This document shows positions 6,854-16,103 of a DNA stretch of 19,507 nucleotides, in pieces. Origin of the DNA: an uncultured Nitrososphaerota archaeon. Its GTDB lineage: Archaea > Thermoproteota > EX4484-205 > JAAOZO01. The DNA lies in contig CAYOYV010000018.1 in NCBI GenBank assembly GCA_964408285.1, forward strand, positions 1-19,507, written 5' to 3'. The notes beneath the pieces are model-generated. The model ran no database searches, was not told the origin of the DNA, and saw only the letters and a list, made by a program, of their open reading frames with translations. Position numbers and translations under genes: made by a program. Each line of letters starts with the position of its first letter. Within the stretch, counting starts at the first letter, position 1.

Positions 6854-7356
6854 CTGGTGACACCATAGAAGCGCTCATTGAAATAAAGACGAATACAGGC
6901 GTAGTTTCATCAACATTCTCAGGAACAGCGGAAGAGGTTCTCAGGGCGGCTGTCCGTTTCCTATCGGAGTCCTTGCCTGCATTTTCAATGGTTCACAGAA
7001 TCCTTCTGACTGTCCCATCAGCAGAGCAGCTAGTTGATCTCTTGGGCGACGATGTCAAGATAGCTGGAAAAGACATCGTGCTGCTGAAGAAACCCTCAGA
7101 CGCTGCGGAAGGAATAAGAAAAGTGCTTATAGCTGCGAGGATATGTTTTGAACTGGGGGTCACCGACACATCTGCTCTTTCCGTGAAGGAGTTGTCAAAA
7201 ATAACATCAATAATTGAGAAGACGATTAACAACAACTTGACGGACCTGGTCAAGACTGGCGGGGTAGAACGCGTCTCGAAGGGAACGTACAAAATTACCG
7301 ACAGGGGGCTGCTTGGAACTTACGCCATTTCATCTAAAGCAGGTGCGCGGCAGTGA
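6850..7356 (+). CDS. Putative DNA-binding protein with C-terminal winged HTH
   Basis: LSVKELSKITSIIEKTINNNLTDLVKTGGVERVSKGTYKITDRG is a wHTH. ATGA overlap with the upstream gene. Confidence 0.8.
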   Translation: MTGDTIEALIEIKTNTGVVSSTFSGTAEEVLRAAVRFLSESLPAFSMVHRILLTVPSAEQLVDLLGDDVKIAGKDIVLLKKPSDAAEGIRKVLIAARICFELGVTDTSALSVKELSKITSIIEKTINNNLTDLVKTGGVERVSKGTYKITDRGLLGTYAISSKAGARQ

Positions 7357-7413
7357 TGGATATAGCGGGTTGTGGGGTTGGACCCCACGCAATAATAGGG
7401 AGGTAGACATGGT

Positions 7414-8253
7414 ATGTCCCGCCACCCCCAGATTGAACTCCTGTTCTCTGAATATATTAGAAGCTTACCCTTAATGAAGCGAGAGTTCAACTCTCCCGGC
7501 CTCAGATTTGCAGACACAGATATGAGCGTCATTGGGGGTGTGGAGGACCTAAGGTTACTTGATCCATCAGCGCCTGCATTACCCATAGCAGCGGTCGACG
7601 CGTCCTCGAACATGATTGGCTATTCGGGCGGCTATGCGTACGAATTGCTCAGGGCAGGAATCGTAATGAAAAAAGGAAACGGGAGAATGAGGCTGATAAA
7701 ATTGGGCCCATTTATCATCAAGTCTTCCTCGGATGGTGCGTCATTTCTCTTTGAACTGGAGACCCTGGCTCAGAGAATGGCAGGTAGGAGGATCAAGAAC
7801 GGTATCGTGTTGTTCGATGGGACCATGATTGAATCAACTGACTCAGAGCTCACCCTCGGTTCTTTTGAAGGGTTGAGCAATTCGATATCCCTAAGTAAGG
7901 TGGTTCCGGTCTCGCGGATCGGCAACAGTGAGGAACTGCCGAAGAATCCTTTCATCGCAAAACTGAAAGACGAGGATTGTTATTTGGTTAGATTATCTTC
8001 CAACGGCTTCGTACTGAGAGCGCGAGCGTCTACCAAGGACATTGAGTCAACGGCCTGGCTCTTCTCTTGTTTGTCCAGAAGCGACTCAATAGAAATGGGA
8101 TATCCGCGGACAATGAAGTTGGCTCACATGTACTCTAAGATACTGTCTATGGACATAATATCTGCACGGCTGGCGTTGTTTGAGAAACACAACATAAGGG
8201 CCAGAGATCCGATCGATGGGCGGAAGCTACTTCTCGGGTGCCTGTGGGGATAG
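7414..8253 (+). CDS. NurA-family nuclease
   Basis: IAAVDASS, LFELE, IVLFDGT, SLSK and GYPRTMKLAHMYSKI are NurA motifs. SD-like GGAGGT upstream. Adjacent to a HerA-like ATPase. Confidence 0.8.
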   Translation: MSRHPQIELLFSEYIRSLPLMKREFNSPGLRFADTDMSVIGGVEDLRLLDPSAPALPIAAVDASSNMIGYSGGYAYELLRAGIVMKKGNGRMRLIKLGPFIIKSSSDGASFLFELETLAQRMAGRRIKNGIVLFDGTMIESTDSELTLGSFEGLSNSISLSKVVPVSRIGNSEELPKNPFIAKLKDEDCYLVRLSSNGFVLRARASTKDIESTAWLFSCLSRSDSIEMGYPRTMKLAHMYSKILSMDIISARLALFEKHNIRARDPIDGRKLLLGCLWG

Positions 8254-8255
8254 GT

Positions 8256-9710
8256 ATGTTCTACTTGCTGTCAAAAAGCGGCCCCAATTATGAGATTTTG
8301 GAGCTTCCGGCGGGGGATGCGGAGATAGGGGCCTTCCTAGCACTCAGAGCTCCGGAATCAAACAGAACCCTTGTGCTCCAGATCTCCGATATATCATACC
8401 TCAAGCTACCGGGCGAAATCGAGGAGATAATTCGGGTGACGCGAGCTTCGGACATGTTGGTGGAGTCGCAAGCAGATGGTATCTTCGAACGATTACAAGA
8501 CGAAATAATGGATTCCAAGCTTCTGAAATGCAAGGTACGAGGCGCGATTCAAGATGGAGGCTTCTCGACGAATACTCTCTGGGCCCCCTCAAGAATGCGG
8601 TCGTCGATATATGCGATATCGTTCGAAGACCTAAAGTCGTCGCTACGTGCTAACACATTGATTCCGGTCTCATTGGGGCGCGCTTTGGGAACGAAAGCGC
8701 CGATTCTCCTAGACCTAACTGATGTTGACGGTGCACTCACTTTGATACTAGGAAGAAAAGGGGCTGGGAAATCGATGCTTGCGAAGAGTATAGTAAATTC
8801 CTTAGTTGCAAACGGGGCAAAGTGCCTGGTTCTCGATGTGAATAATGAGTACCTCTCTCGATTACCTTCCGATGAGTTTGCAGTCTGGGAACCCGGAGTT
8901 AATCTGAGGTTTGAATTCAAGAACCTGTCCAAGGGGATCTTCCTAGCACTTTTGGAGGACCTCATGGAATTGCCTCCCTCCTCTGTACTGGAAATATCGA
9001 GGACATGGGATAGACTGGAATCGAGTGGCAGGTTGTCGTTCTTAGGACTCAAACGGGAAATCCTGGCCTCCAGAATCAATGATCTGGTCAAAGAGGCACT
9101 CTCAAGAAGGCTTGATGTCGTCTACAACTCGGGCATAATAACTGACGATCCGGAGACTATTGACCCCCTTGCTCAATTGAATCGTAAGGGAGGCTTCTGC
9201 ATTTCACTGGCCTTGCGTGGGAGGTCGTCATTCCTTAGGAGGCTCATCATAGAGCTGCTGATGAAGAATATCATATCCGCCCTAGAAAAAGACGAGATCA
9301 CACCATTTTTCCTATTTGCAGAAGAGGCGCACACATATCAAGATATGAAGTTCTGGGAGGACCTCGTTACACGCATGCGCCATTTGGGCCTTTCAATGTT
9401 CTTCATCACGAACGAACCAAACAGTCTTTCTAATTTCATCTACAGACAAGCCGATTCCCTCTTCCTTTTCAATTATTTCAATGACAACGACCTATTCTTT
9501 CTCTCTAGGGTTTCCGATCTGGATACAGAATCTCTATTGTCGTATGTGAGGGGCCTACCAGATCGTTGCTGCCTAGCCGTAGGTAAGATAACCTGCAATC
9601 TGCCACTGTTATTTGAAACGTACGCAGACGTGATATTCGAAGGAGGAAAGACAAAAACCTTCTTTGGGGCTCGCGCGATTCAGACTATGAAGAGGGCTTC
9701 TCCTGGATAG
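8256..9710 (+). CDS. HerA/FtsK-family ATPase (start probably ATG 8256; ORF track start 8238)
   Basis: N-terminal HAS-barrel-like region, Walker A GRKGAGKS, LVLDVNNEY, Walker B FLFAEEAH and Arg-finger TRMRHLG. Confidence 0.88.
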   Translation: MFYLLSKSGPNYEILELPAGDAEIGAFLALRAPESNRTLVLQISDISYLKLPGEIEEIIRVTRASDMLVESQADGIFERLQDEIMDSKLLKCKVRGAIQDGGFSTNTLWAPSRMRSSIYAISFEDLKSSLRANTLIPVSLGRALGTKAPILLDLTDVDGALTLILGRKGAGKSMLAKSIVNSLVANGAKCLVLDVNNEYLSRLPSDEFAVWEPGVNLRFEFKNLSKGIFLALLEDLMELPPSSVLEISRTWDRLESSGRLSFLGLKREILASRINDLVKEALSRRLDVVYNSGIITDDPETIDPLAQLNRKGGFCISLALRGRSSFLRRLIIELLMKNIISALEKDEITPFFLFAEEAHTYQDMKFWEDLVTRMRHLGLSMFFITNEPNSLSNFIYRQADSLFLFNYFNDNDLFFLSRVSDLDTESLLSYVRGLPDRCCLAVGKITCNLPLLFETYADVIFEGGKTKTFFGARAIQTMKRASPG

Positions 9711-10969
9711 GTTGCTTTTTCTTTTTCATGATCATATATTCGAAGCAGCCTATTGTACTTCGCCGTTCGCTCTCCCCTTGCCGGTGCTCCTGTCTTGATT
9801 TGTCCTGTGGCTTTTCCTACAGCGATATCGGCTATATAATCATCCTCGGTTTCTCCGGACCTATGGCTCACCACGACTCTATACCTGTTCTGGAGGGCCA
9901 GACTCATAGTCTCGAAGGCCTCCGTTAACGTCCCTATTTGATTCACTTTGAATAGAAGCGTGTTTGCTATCCCTCTGGATATCCCCGCTTCCAAGCGTTT
10001 CTTGTTTGTTACGAAGATATCGTCTCCGATTATCTGGACGTTACGGTGTTTTCCCGTAAAGAGTGCGAAATTGTCTGGGTCGTCTTCGCAGAACGGGTCC
10101 TCAATCGACCTCAGATTATACGATTTCAGTAATTGACCATAGTAATCCATCAAATCAGGTCCGGCCAGAATTCTCTGATCGATATGATACCTGTTATCCT
10201 TCTCGTTAAAGAATGAGCCGGAGGCACAGTCTAGGCCAAGAACGACCTCGCTCTGACAATCGTATCCTGATTCGTCTATTGCTTGAACTAATACATCCAA
10301 TGCTTCTGATGTGAACTTCATCGGAGGGGCAAATCCTCCCTCGTCTCCTACGTTTATGGCGATTGGCCCATACTTCTTCCTGAGAATGGATCTCAACTGG
10401 CCGTATATCTCGACGCTAGCCCTGAGTGCTTCTGGAAATTCGTCAAAGCCTGCTGGTATCACTATGAATTCCTGAATGCTCAATTCATTCCCAGCGTGCT
10501 TTCCGCCATTTATCACATTCATCAAGGGGACAGGAAGGACTATAGCGACACTTCCTTCCCTCAGATATTTGTACAGAGGAACGCCACTGTGAAGTGCTGC
10601 TGCCTTTGCATTTGCTATCGAGACAGCAAGTAAGGCATTGGCTCCCAGTTTCCCTTTTTGTGGTGTTCCATCCAATTCTATCATCTTCTGGTCTATCGAT
10701 TTTTGGCTAAGAGCGTCTAATCCTAGCAGTTCTCTTGCTAGGACTTGGTTAATGTTGGTTACAGCTTTCTCTACGCCTCTGCCGTGGAACTTTGTTGGGT
10801 CTTCATCCCGCAATTCTATTGCTTCCCACTTGCCGGTTGACGCTCCTGATGGGACAGAAGCCCTTCCGACATGACCGCTCTCTAGCGAAACTTCCGCTTC
10901 GACTGTTGGGTTGCCTCTCGAATCGATTATCTGTCTTCCCCTGATTTTCTTGATGGCGCTTGAGAGCAT
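9680..10969 (-). CDS. eno: Enolase (phosphopyruvate hydratase)
   Basis: DSRGNPTVE, VPSGASTG, INGGKHAGN..QEF, GDEGGFAP, SIEDPF, GDDIFVTN, KVNQIG, SHRSGETED, GQIKTG. Confidence 0.98.
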   Translation of the reverse strand: MLSSAIKKIRGRQIIDSRGNPTVEAEVSLESGHVGRASVPSGASTGKWEAIELRDEDPTKFHGRGVEKAVTNINQVLARELLGLDALSQKSIDQKMIELDGTPQKGKLGANALLAVSIANAKAAALHSGVPLYKYLREGSVAIVLPVPLMNVINGGKHAGNELSIQEFIVIPAGFDEFPEALRASVEIYGQLRSILRKKYGPIAINVGDEGGFAPPMKFTSEALDVLVQAIDESGYDCQSEVVLGLDCASGSFFNEKDNRYHIDQRILAGPDLMDYYGQLLKSYNLRSIEDPFCEDDPDNFALFTGKHRNVQIIGDDIFVTNKKRLEAGISRGIANTLLFKVNQIGTLTEAFETMSLALQNRYRVVVSHRSGETEDDYIADIAVGKATGQIKTGAPARGERTAKYNRLLRIYDHEKEKATYPGEALFIV

Positions 10970-11011
10970 CCTATCGTCGGCTAAGGTCTTCCTGTTCGTG
11001 GTTATAATCTT

Positions 11012-11359
11012 TCAAGGAAGAAAAGCGGGAAGAATGAACTCTATGAAGAAGGCCAATATCAAGGCTCCAACGATAAGTTCTTTTCCAAGGTAACGATTCA
11101 GACGCGTAACGTACAAGATTATCCCGACCACCGCCAAAGGAGCATATAGTACTCCTATTATTGAGAGAGAGGCCCGCAGCACTAGGCTCGCAAATTGGAC
11201 CGTGGTTTGCTGTACCGTGTCGATTAGACCTGATATGATCTCAGTGAATTTCGAAACTCCGTCGGTGGAATTCATCGGGCTTGCTTGGACAACAGGCATC
11301 ACGAGCAAGGTGGCGGAAATAGTGGCCAAAAACAAGCGCTTCGTGGAGAACATATCCAT
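11012..11359 (-). CDS. Small membrane protein with signal peptide and two hydrophobic helices (VirB2/CedA1 pilin-like architecture)
   Basis: Signal peptide KRLFLATISATLLVMPVVQA, then an amphipathic helix, then TM1 (SLSIIGVLYAPLAVVGIILYVT), a basic loop RLNRYLGK and TM2 (ELIVGALILAFFIEFILP). The pilin assignment is inference. Confidence 0.65.
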   Translation of the reverse strand: MDMFSTKRLFLATISATLLVMPVVQASPMNSTDGVSKFTEIISGLIDTVQQTTVQFASLVLRASLSIIGVLYAPLAVVGIILYVTRLNRYLGKELIVGALILAFFIEFILPAFLP

Positions 11360-11596
11360 TTCTTAACTCGCAAGAGCATATTAGCACCCCTAAAGCACGA
11401 AAGGGCTCTAAAAGCAACTATATCGAAGGTTACCAGAGCGCATGTCAATGCAATGGAAACCTCATGCGCATATTCTACAGATCCTAACTAGACCTTTGAT
11501 GTGGCGTGGATTCCAGACCCTCTTTCGTGAGTCCACCCCTTGAAACGAGGAACCGCGATGGAATTCCTGATAGGCTGCAATCCAAGGAGGTTTAGG

Positions 11597-11602
11597 TTTA
11601 AG
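11597..11602 (+). promoter_or_regulatory. TATA box of SRP RNA
   Basis: TTTAAG about 25 nt upstream of the predicted 5' end at 11627. Confidence 0.55.
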
Positions 11603-11626
11603 AATTGTGGAATGCTTTCTATAGAC

Positions 11627-11939
11627 GGTGATGGCGGGGGGCTTGGGTGCTCGCCGTGCCCTTTCCTGAAACCGGCGATACGCGGGGGCTCGCAACTCAT
11701 GGAAAGTGGCGGAGGACCCGGTTCAACCATCGAAGCTCCGTGAAGGTCTCCTACTCGCTGGGCAGTGGTAGGGTACGATAGGATCTCGTAGGGGATCCGA
11801 AAACTCGTACCATCGAACACGCTAGGTTCGGGAGAGAGCAGCGATAAGGTGGGCCTTCTGCGTTGGCGAGGCGGAAATCGGATGGGGTTGACGTGGCTTC
11901 CGGGCACCTCTTTCGCGAACCATGAGGTCCGCCATCACC
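11627..11939 (+). ncRNA. ffs: Archaeal signal recognition particle RNA (7S)
   Basis: Terminal helix GGTGATGGCGG (11627-11637) / CCGCCATCACC (11929-11939). Alu-domain-like CCTGAAACCGGCGATACGCGGGGG. Helix 6 GGATCTC-GTAG-GGGATCC with GNAR loop. Helix 8 TAGG-TTC-GGGA-GAG-AGCA. Length about 313 nt. Confidence 0.9.
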
Positions 11940-12016
11940 ATTCGATCAGACAGAGGGCCATTTTTCTCGCAGTCAACTGGCTAAAGGGATAAATCAATCC
12001 AAGAAACGGTAAGCTC

Positions 12017-12090
12017 GGGCCGGTAGTCTAACCTGGCTAGGATACCACTCTTACGAGGTGGTGGCACCGGTTCAAATCCGGTCCGGCCCA
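12017..12090 (+). tRNA. tRNA-Val(TAC), intronless
   Basis: GGGCCGG/CCGGCCC-A acceptor, CCACT-CTTACGA-GGTGG anticodon arm, ACCGG-TTCAAAT-CCGGT T-arm. Confidence 0.97.
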
Positions 12091-12110
12091 TCTGGGGGAC
12101 TCTATGGGAT

Positions 12111-13199
12111 TTGAGGATAAAAAGGAAGGATCTCGCTGACCTCACATTAGTGGCAGTTCCCACTGGCCCCGAGGACCTTTGGGCTCTTTACATGTTCGTC
12201 GAGAAAGGCGATCTAATAGTTGGAAAGACTCATCGAGTCATGAAGTTAGGGTCTGCGGACAAAACGGACAAGGAAAAAGTGCTGATGGTGTTGGAGATAC
12301 GTCTCGAGGAAAAGAACCTGGACTTGAGTTCGTCGAAACTGAATCTCTCGGGAAAAGTAGTCTCGGCTCCGGAAGAACACGAAGGGATAATGGGGAAGTT
12401 TCAAACAATATCAATAACTGTCGGGCACCAACTGAAAGTGGTCAAGTCAAAGGCGAACCCTCTTCTCTGGAAATTGCTGGAGAAAAGGGCAGAAACTAAA
12501 GGGCCTGCGGTGGTTGTCGTTGCTATAGAAAGTGATAGCGCAGCAATAGGAACGGTGACGAATCTCGGTGTCATGAGGACAGAGGAACTACACTCGGCAA
12601 TGGCAGGCAAAGACAAATCTGAACAGAGAGAACAGGACAAATCCAAGTTCCTCGACAAAGTAGCCAAAACATTAGGGGACTACTTGAGAGGTTCAGAGGC
12701 GAAGATTGCGGTGGTTGGACCTGGTTTCATGAAGGATGACTTTGTATCGTTGCTGGAAAGGAAATATCCGTCCATCAGGAAAGCTGTAGCAGTTATATCA
12801 ACAGCAACAAGTGGGACTCCTGCTGGCATTCATGAATCGCTTAGAAGCGGGGCCGTGGAGAAAGCCGCAAAGCACTTACGCTCGATGCGGGAGGTCTCTC
12901 TTGTTGAGGACTTCATCAGAACTGCCGCTCAGGATGATCAAAGAGTAGCGATCGGTCTGGACGAAGTGATACGAGCCCTCCGAGCCGGTGCGGTGGAAAC
13001 CTTGCTGATATTAGATACGTTCCTTCCGGTATCGAATGACAACATGAGGCCTGAGAATCTGGCGAGGGCGGCTCAGGAATTTGGGGGCAATTTCTATGTG
13101 ATAAACTCGCGGCATGAAGGAGGTTCTAAAGTGAAATCGCTCGGTGGAGTAGTCGCCTTTCTCAGGTACAGAATGGAGTTGCGTGAAGCTAATGTCTGA
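12111..13199 (+). CDS. pelA: Pelota/Dom34 ribosome rescue factor
   Basis: EDLWALYMFVEKGDLIVGKTHR, LSGKV, VVGPGFMKDDF, GLDEVIRALRAGAVETLLI and GGVVAFLRY fit the eRF1-like domains 1-3. TTG start. Confidence 0.93.
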   Translation: MRIKRKDLADLTLVAVPTGPEDLWALYMFVEKGDLIVGKTHRVMKLGSADKTDKEKVLMVLEIRLEEKNLDLSSSKLNLSGKVVSAPEEHEGIMGKFQTISITVGHQLKVVKSKANPLLWKLLEKRAETKGPAVVVVAIESDSAAIGTVTNLGVMRTEELHSAMAGKDKSEQREQDKSKFLDKVAKTLGDYLRGSEAKIAVVGPGFMKDDFVSLLERKYPSIRKAVAVISTATSGTPAGIHESLRSGAVEKAAKHLRSMREVSLVEDFIRTAAQDDQRVAIGLDEVIRALRAGAVETLLILDTFLPVSNDNMRPENLARAAQEFGGNFYVINSRHEGGSKVKSLGGVVAFLRYRMELREANV

Positions 13200-13962
13200 A
13201 AGGCTCATAACGAAGCCGACGGCGTACGACATAATATTCGTTCTCGCCTTCTATGCCTCGCTGGCGTATGGGCTTGTATGCCTCTCGTTGCCATGGATTC
13301 CAATCGTCCTTGAATGTCTAGTGAGCATTCTGCTGTACTTCTATTATCTACTGCTTAGGAAGACATCAGAACGTCCACCGCATGAGGGGCGGGTCTATCG
13401 CAAAGTGTTCCATATGATAGGGGGAGGGTCGCTCGCAGTCTTTCTGAAACTTTATTCCTCAGCGCTGGTACTTTACCTCGTTTTCTCGCTTCTGATTCTC
13501 TTCTGCCTCTATGAGGCACTAAGATGGTATATCTTAAGACGCCCTCTCTTCATTTCCACAGTACTCCTGTTTTTTGGAGATCAAGAGGAGTCCCAAGGGG
13601 GTCCTTTCTATGAGGCCTTAATCGGGTTGGGTGCAGTTCTACTAACGGTGCTTTTCTTCCAAAAAGAAGCAGCCTTATGTGGATTGATTGCCTTGTCGTT
13701 GGGCGACGGTGTGTCCGGCCTTGTAGGAGAAAGAGTCAGGACCTCCACTTTGCCATTTAGCGAGCGCAAGACAATTGGAGGCTTTCTGGCTGGCGTCATT
13801 GTCTCATCTTTCGCGGTCCTGCTGGCAGTAGGAAACGTGCAAGCTCTGGCAGCCGTTCTAGGAGGTATGCTGGTTGAGACCGTTTCAGGTAAGTTCGATA
13901 ACTTCTCGGTTCCTATATCAACGGCACTGTTCTATTCTGCATTGTCTCTCCTCCTTCCTTAG
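13192..13962 (+). CDS. Dolichol/phytol kinase-like (SEC59/DGK1/VTE5 family) membrane protein
   Basis: RKVFHMIGG, GDGVSGLVG, KTIGG and DNFSVP motifs with multiple TM helices. Probable ATG at 13192 overlaps the pelota stop. Confidence 0.8.
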   Translation: MSERLITKPTAYDIIFVLAFYASLAYGLVCLSLPWIPIVLECLVSILLYFYYLLLRKTSERPPHEGRVYRKVFHMIGGGSLAVFLKLYSSALVLYLVFSLLILFCLYEALRWYILRRPLFISTVLLFFGDQEESQGGPFYEALIGLGAVLLTVLFFQKEAALCGLIALSLGDGVSGLVGERVRTSTLPFSERKTIGGFLAGVIVSSFAVLLAVGNVQALAAVLGGMLVETVSGKFDNFSVPISTALFYSALSLLLP

Positions 13963-14017
13963 CCGCCCATTCCTGCTAAAATTGGAATCAGTCCTTGGCT
14001 GAGCTCGCCCTCTCCTT

Positions 14018-15526
14018 TTAAGCGTATTCGATATCACTTAGACCCAAGGGCAACACTCTAGCGTCATTCATAAGGTAAGCAGCAAAGGTTCCTGGGGTTG
14101 GCATGATCCTTAGGCTGTTCTGGTATGGGGTCTGTTGTTGCCAAGTACCGCTGTTGACTATCCTTGTTCCTCTGTACTCTGATTTGCCGAATATGTGAAC
14201 GTGACCAGCATGAAACACGTCAGGTTTGTCGCCTATTACAAGATCGTCATTGTCGGCGAGCGCGATTTGGGTGTTGTCGCCATAGATGGGAGCCAAATGC
14301 CGAACCGAAAGCAGGTATTCCATTCCAACCTGTGGTTTTGAATATTCAACCTTAGCGACGTATGAGGCGACGTCCTCCAAGCTCTGCCCGTGATAGACCA
14401 CGAATCGCACCCCATGCAATGAGATCACGGCGGGATTTCCGACTAATGTTACATTTCCTCTCTCGTCAGCTAATTCCTTCAGGTATTCCGTTGGAATTGG
14501 AGGCTGTGGCAACCCCTTCCTAACAATGTCATGATTTCCAGGCGCGACAATCACATGAATATACTCAGGGATTTTTGCTAGAATCTGGGAAGCCCGCCTA
14601 TATTGCTTTTCTACCTCAACTATATCGAGCTCTCTTTCCTGACCGGGGTAGACGAAGACGCCATCTATCACATCCCCCGCTATTATGAGGTATTTGGCCG
14701 ATGCAGCCACAGATGATATGGATGAACCCCCCTCAACCTTGGATAACCATTCTATTACCCTCAAGAAATCCTTCTCCATAAAATACTTACTCCCAACGTG
14801 CAAATCGGATAATAGAAGGGTGGAAATAGGCTCACGGATCTTTCTCACAGGGGTGTCGGGAATCTGCGGAAGAATTATATCTGTCGCAAAAAGGGCATCT
14901 CTGTGCCTTGTCACCTCAATTCCGACAACGATATCAGTTACCAAATCATGAAAACTATCGATGACGATTTTCTTCGCATTCTTCGGAATATTCAAGGTCA
15001 TTTCTTCTTCCAGATCCTCTACGATGAAATTGCCCCTGCCCTTCCTTGCGACCATCACGATGGTCTTGAAGGGACCCGGGGAAGGGCTGCGGAGTATTTC
15101 TCGAACAGTATATGCAGAGGCGAAGTCTGGTCTCCTCCTGATGATGGCGGCCAATTTCTCGAATCTGTTCCTGAAGTGCCTAGTCTTTGATTGGACTGAA
15201 TCGTCGACGTATGAAACGCTAGGCGGTGAATAGATCAGCTCAACATTTGATTCATATTCTTTCCCCAGGGGTACCACCTTGGTGGCACCTATTTCCATGC
15301 TGCCAATGCTCCTGACCAAGGATAGCGAGAGTCTGACGTGCCTCTCCTCGATTATCTTCGTTCCTTCCTCCTTAGCTGCCCTTATGCTTCTCTCTATTGC
15401 TTCTTCTAGAACGTTCCTGTTTCTTTCTGATCTCAAGGCCTGTAATGCGTCTGGATTGATTAGTAGTCCTTCCCCCGAGATCCTGCCTATTATCTTGATG
15501 TCTCTGTCCCGATCTTCCCTTCGCAA
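14018..15526 (-). CDS. polB: DNA polymerase D small (proofreading exonuclease) subunit DP1
   Basis: OB region (HFRNRFEKL..IVED) followed by calcineurin-like phosphoesterase motifs LSDLHVGS, AGDVIDG..YPGQ, PGNHD, YHG, GHVH and NSGTWQ. Confidence 0.93.
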   Translation of the reverse strand: MRREDRDRDIKIIGRISGEGLLINPDALQALRSERNRNVLEEAIERSIRAAKEEGTKIIEERHVRLSLSLVRSIGSMEIGATKVVPLGKEYESNVELIYSPPSVSYVDDSVQSKTRHFRNRFEKLAAIIRRRPDFASAYTVREILRSPSPGPFKTIVMVARKGRGNFIVEDLEEEMTLNIPKNAKKIVIDSFHDLVTDIVVGIEVTRHRDALFATDIILPQIPDTPVRKIREPISTLLLSDLHVGSKYFMEKDFLRVIEWLSKVEGGSSISSVAASAKYLIIAGDVIDGVFVYPGQERELDIVEVEKQYRRASQILAKIPEYIHVIVAPGNHDIVRKGLPQPPIPTEYLKELADERGNVTLVGNPAVISLHGVRFVVYHGQSLEDVASYVAKVEYSKPQVGMEYLLSVRHLAPIYGDNTQIALADNDDLVIGDKPDVFHAGHVHIFGKSEYRGTRIVNSGTWQQQTPYQNSLRIMPTPGTFAAYLMNDARVLPLGLSDIEYA

Positions 15527-15576
15527 ATACTCGTGAAACCAGTTGGACTCCGAAAATAAGGTTTCCCCCGTTCAAG

Positions 15577-15584
15577 TTTAAATA
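15577..15584. promoter_or_regulatory. TATA box for Sec61-beta, possibly shared with the divergent DP1 gene
   Basis: TTTAAATA about 26 nt upstream of ATG 15610. The TTTAAA core is palindromic. Confidence 0.55.
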
Positions 15585-15609
15585 ACATTATACGTGGAAG
15601 AGTCCGCGC

Positions 15610-15792
15610 ATGGTCAAGAAGAGAAAGCCTCAAAAGAAAGGCTCGAGGCTGCCACCAACTGGCGTCGGGCTCACGACCTTTCTCGATGAAAGAACTGGCG
15701 GCCCAGAAGTCCGCCCTGAGCTAGTGATTGGTCTTGCTCTCGTTTTCATAGCGCTGAGCATAGCGGCGATAATTTTCTTCAAACCGGCATGA
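15610..15792 (+). CDS. secG: Preprotein translocase subunit Sec61-beta (archaeal SecG/Sec-beta)
   Basis: Basic N-terminus, PPTGVGLTTFLDE..GPEVRPELVI, then a single C-terminal TM helix. Confidence 0.88.
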   Translation: MVKKRKPQKKGSRLPPTGVGLTTFLDERTGGPEVRPELVIGLALVFIALSIAAIIFFKPA

Positions 15793-15813
15793 ACGATTCA
15801 TTTTCAGGGTTAT

Positions 15814-16098
15814 CTACTTAGATAACAGGATCTCTATGGCCATGATGGTCCTTCTGCCATTCCCCGATATTGTCTCTTCGACTAAGGAAACATTGTCGAC
15901 CTTCAGATCGCTGTAGAAGCTTTTTCTCAAAGCGTTGGTCACATCTATTGCGTTGGGTATGTTCGTGCCCCTTGCTCGTAGCAGGAGCTTACTACCTCCT
16001 TTGTTGAAATAGGTCACACATGCGGTCACATAGGGCCAGACTTTCTTCTTCCCTACCTTCACCACGAAATATTCGCCTTCCCCCGGCTCCATCCGCAA
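15814..16098 (-). CDS. albA: DNA/RNA-binding protein Alba
   Basis: VKVGKKKVWPYVTAC..LLRARGTNIPNAIDV..IEILLSK. Confidence 0.9.
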   Translation of the reverse strand: MRMEPGEGEYFVVKVGKKKVWPYVTACVTYFNKGGSKLLLRARGTNIPNAIDVTNALRKSFYSDLKVDNVSLVEETISGNGRRTIMAIEILLSK

Positions 16099-16103
16099 TA
16101 ATC

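Noticed and set aside
8549-9091. 180-aa antisense ORF and other nested antisense ORFs in the track
   Set aside because: They lie wholly opposite well-supported genes and have Ser/Pro-rich shadow composition.
11462-11907. ORFs 11462-11695, 11488-11907 and 11540-11743
   Set aside because: Shadow frames over the GC-rich SRP RNA and its promoter.
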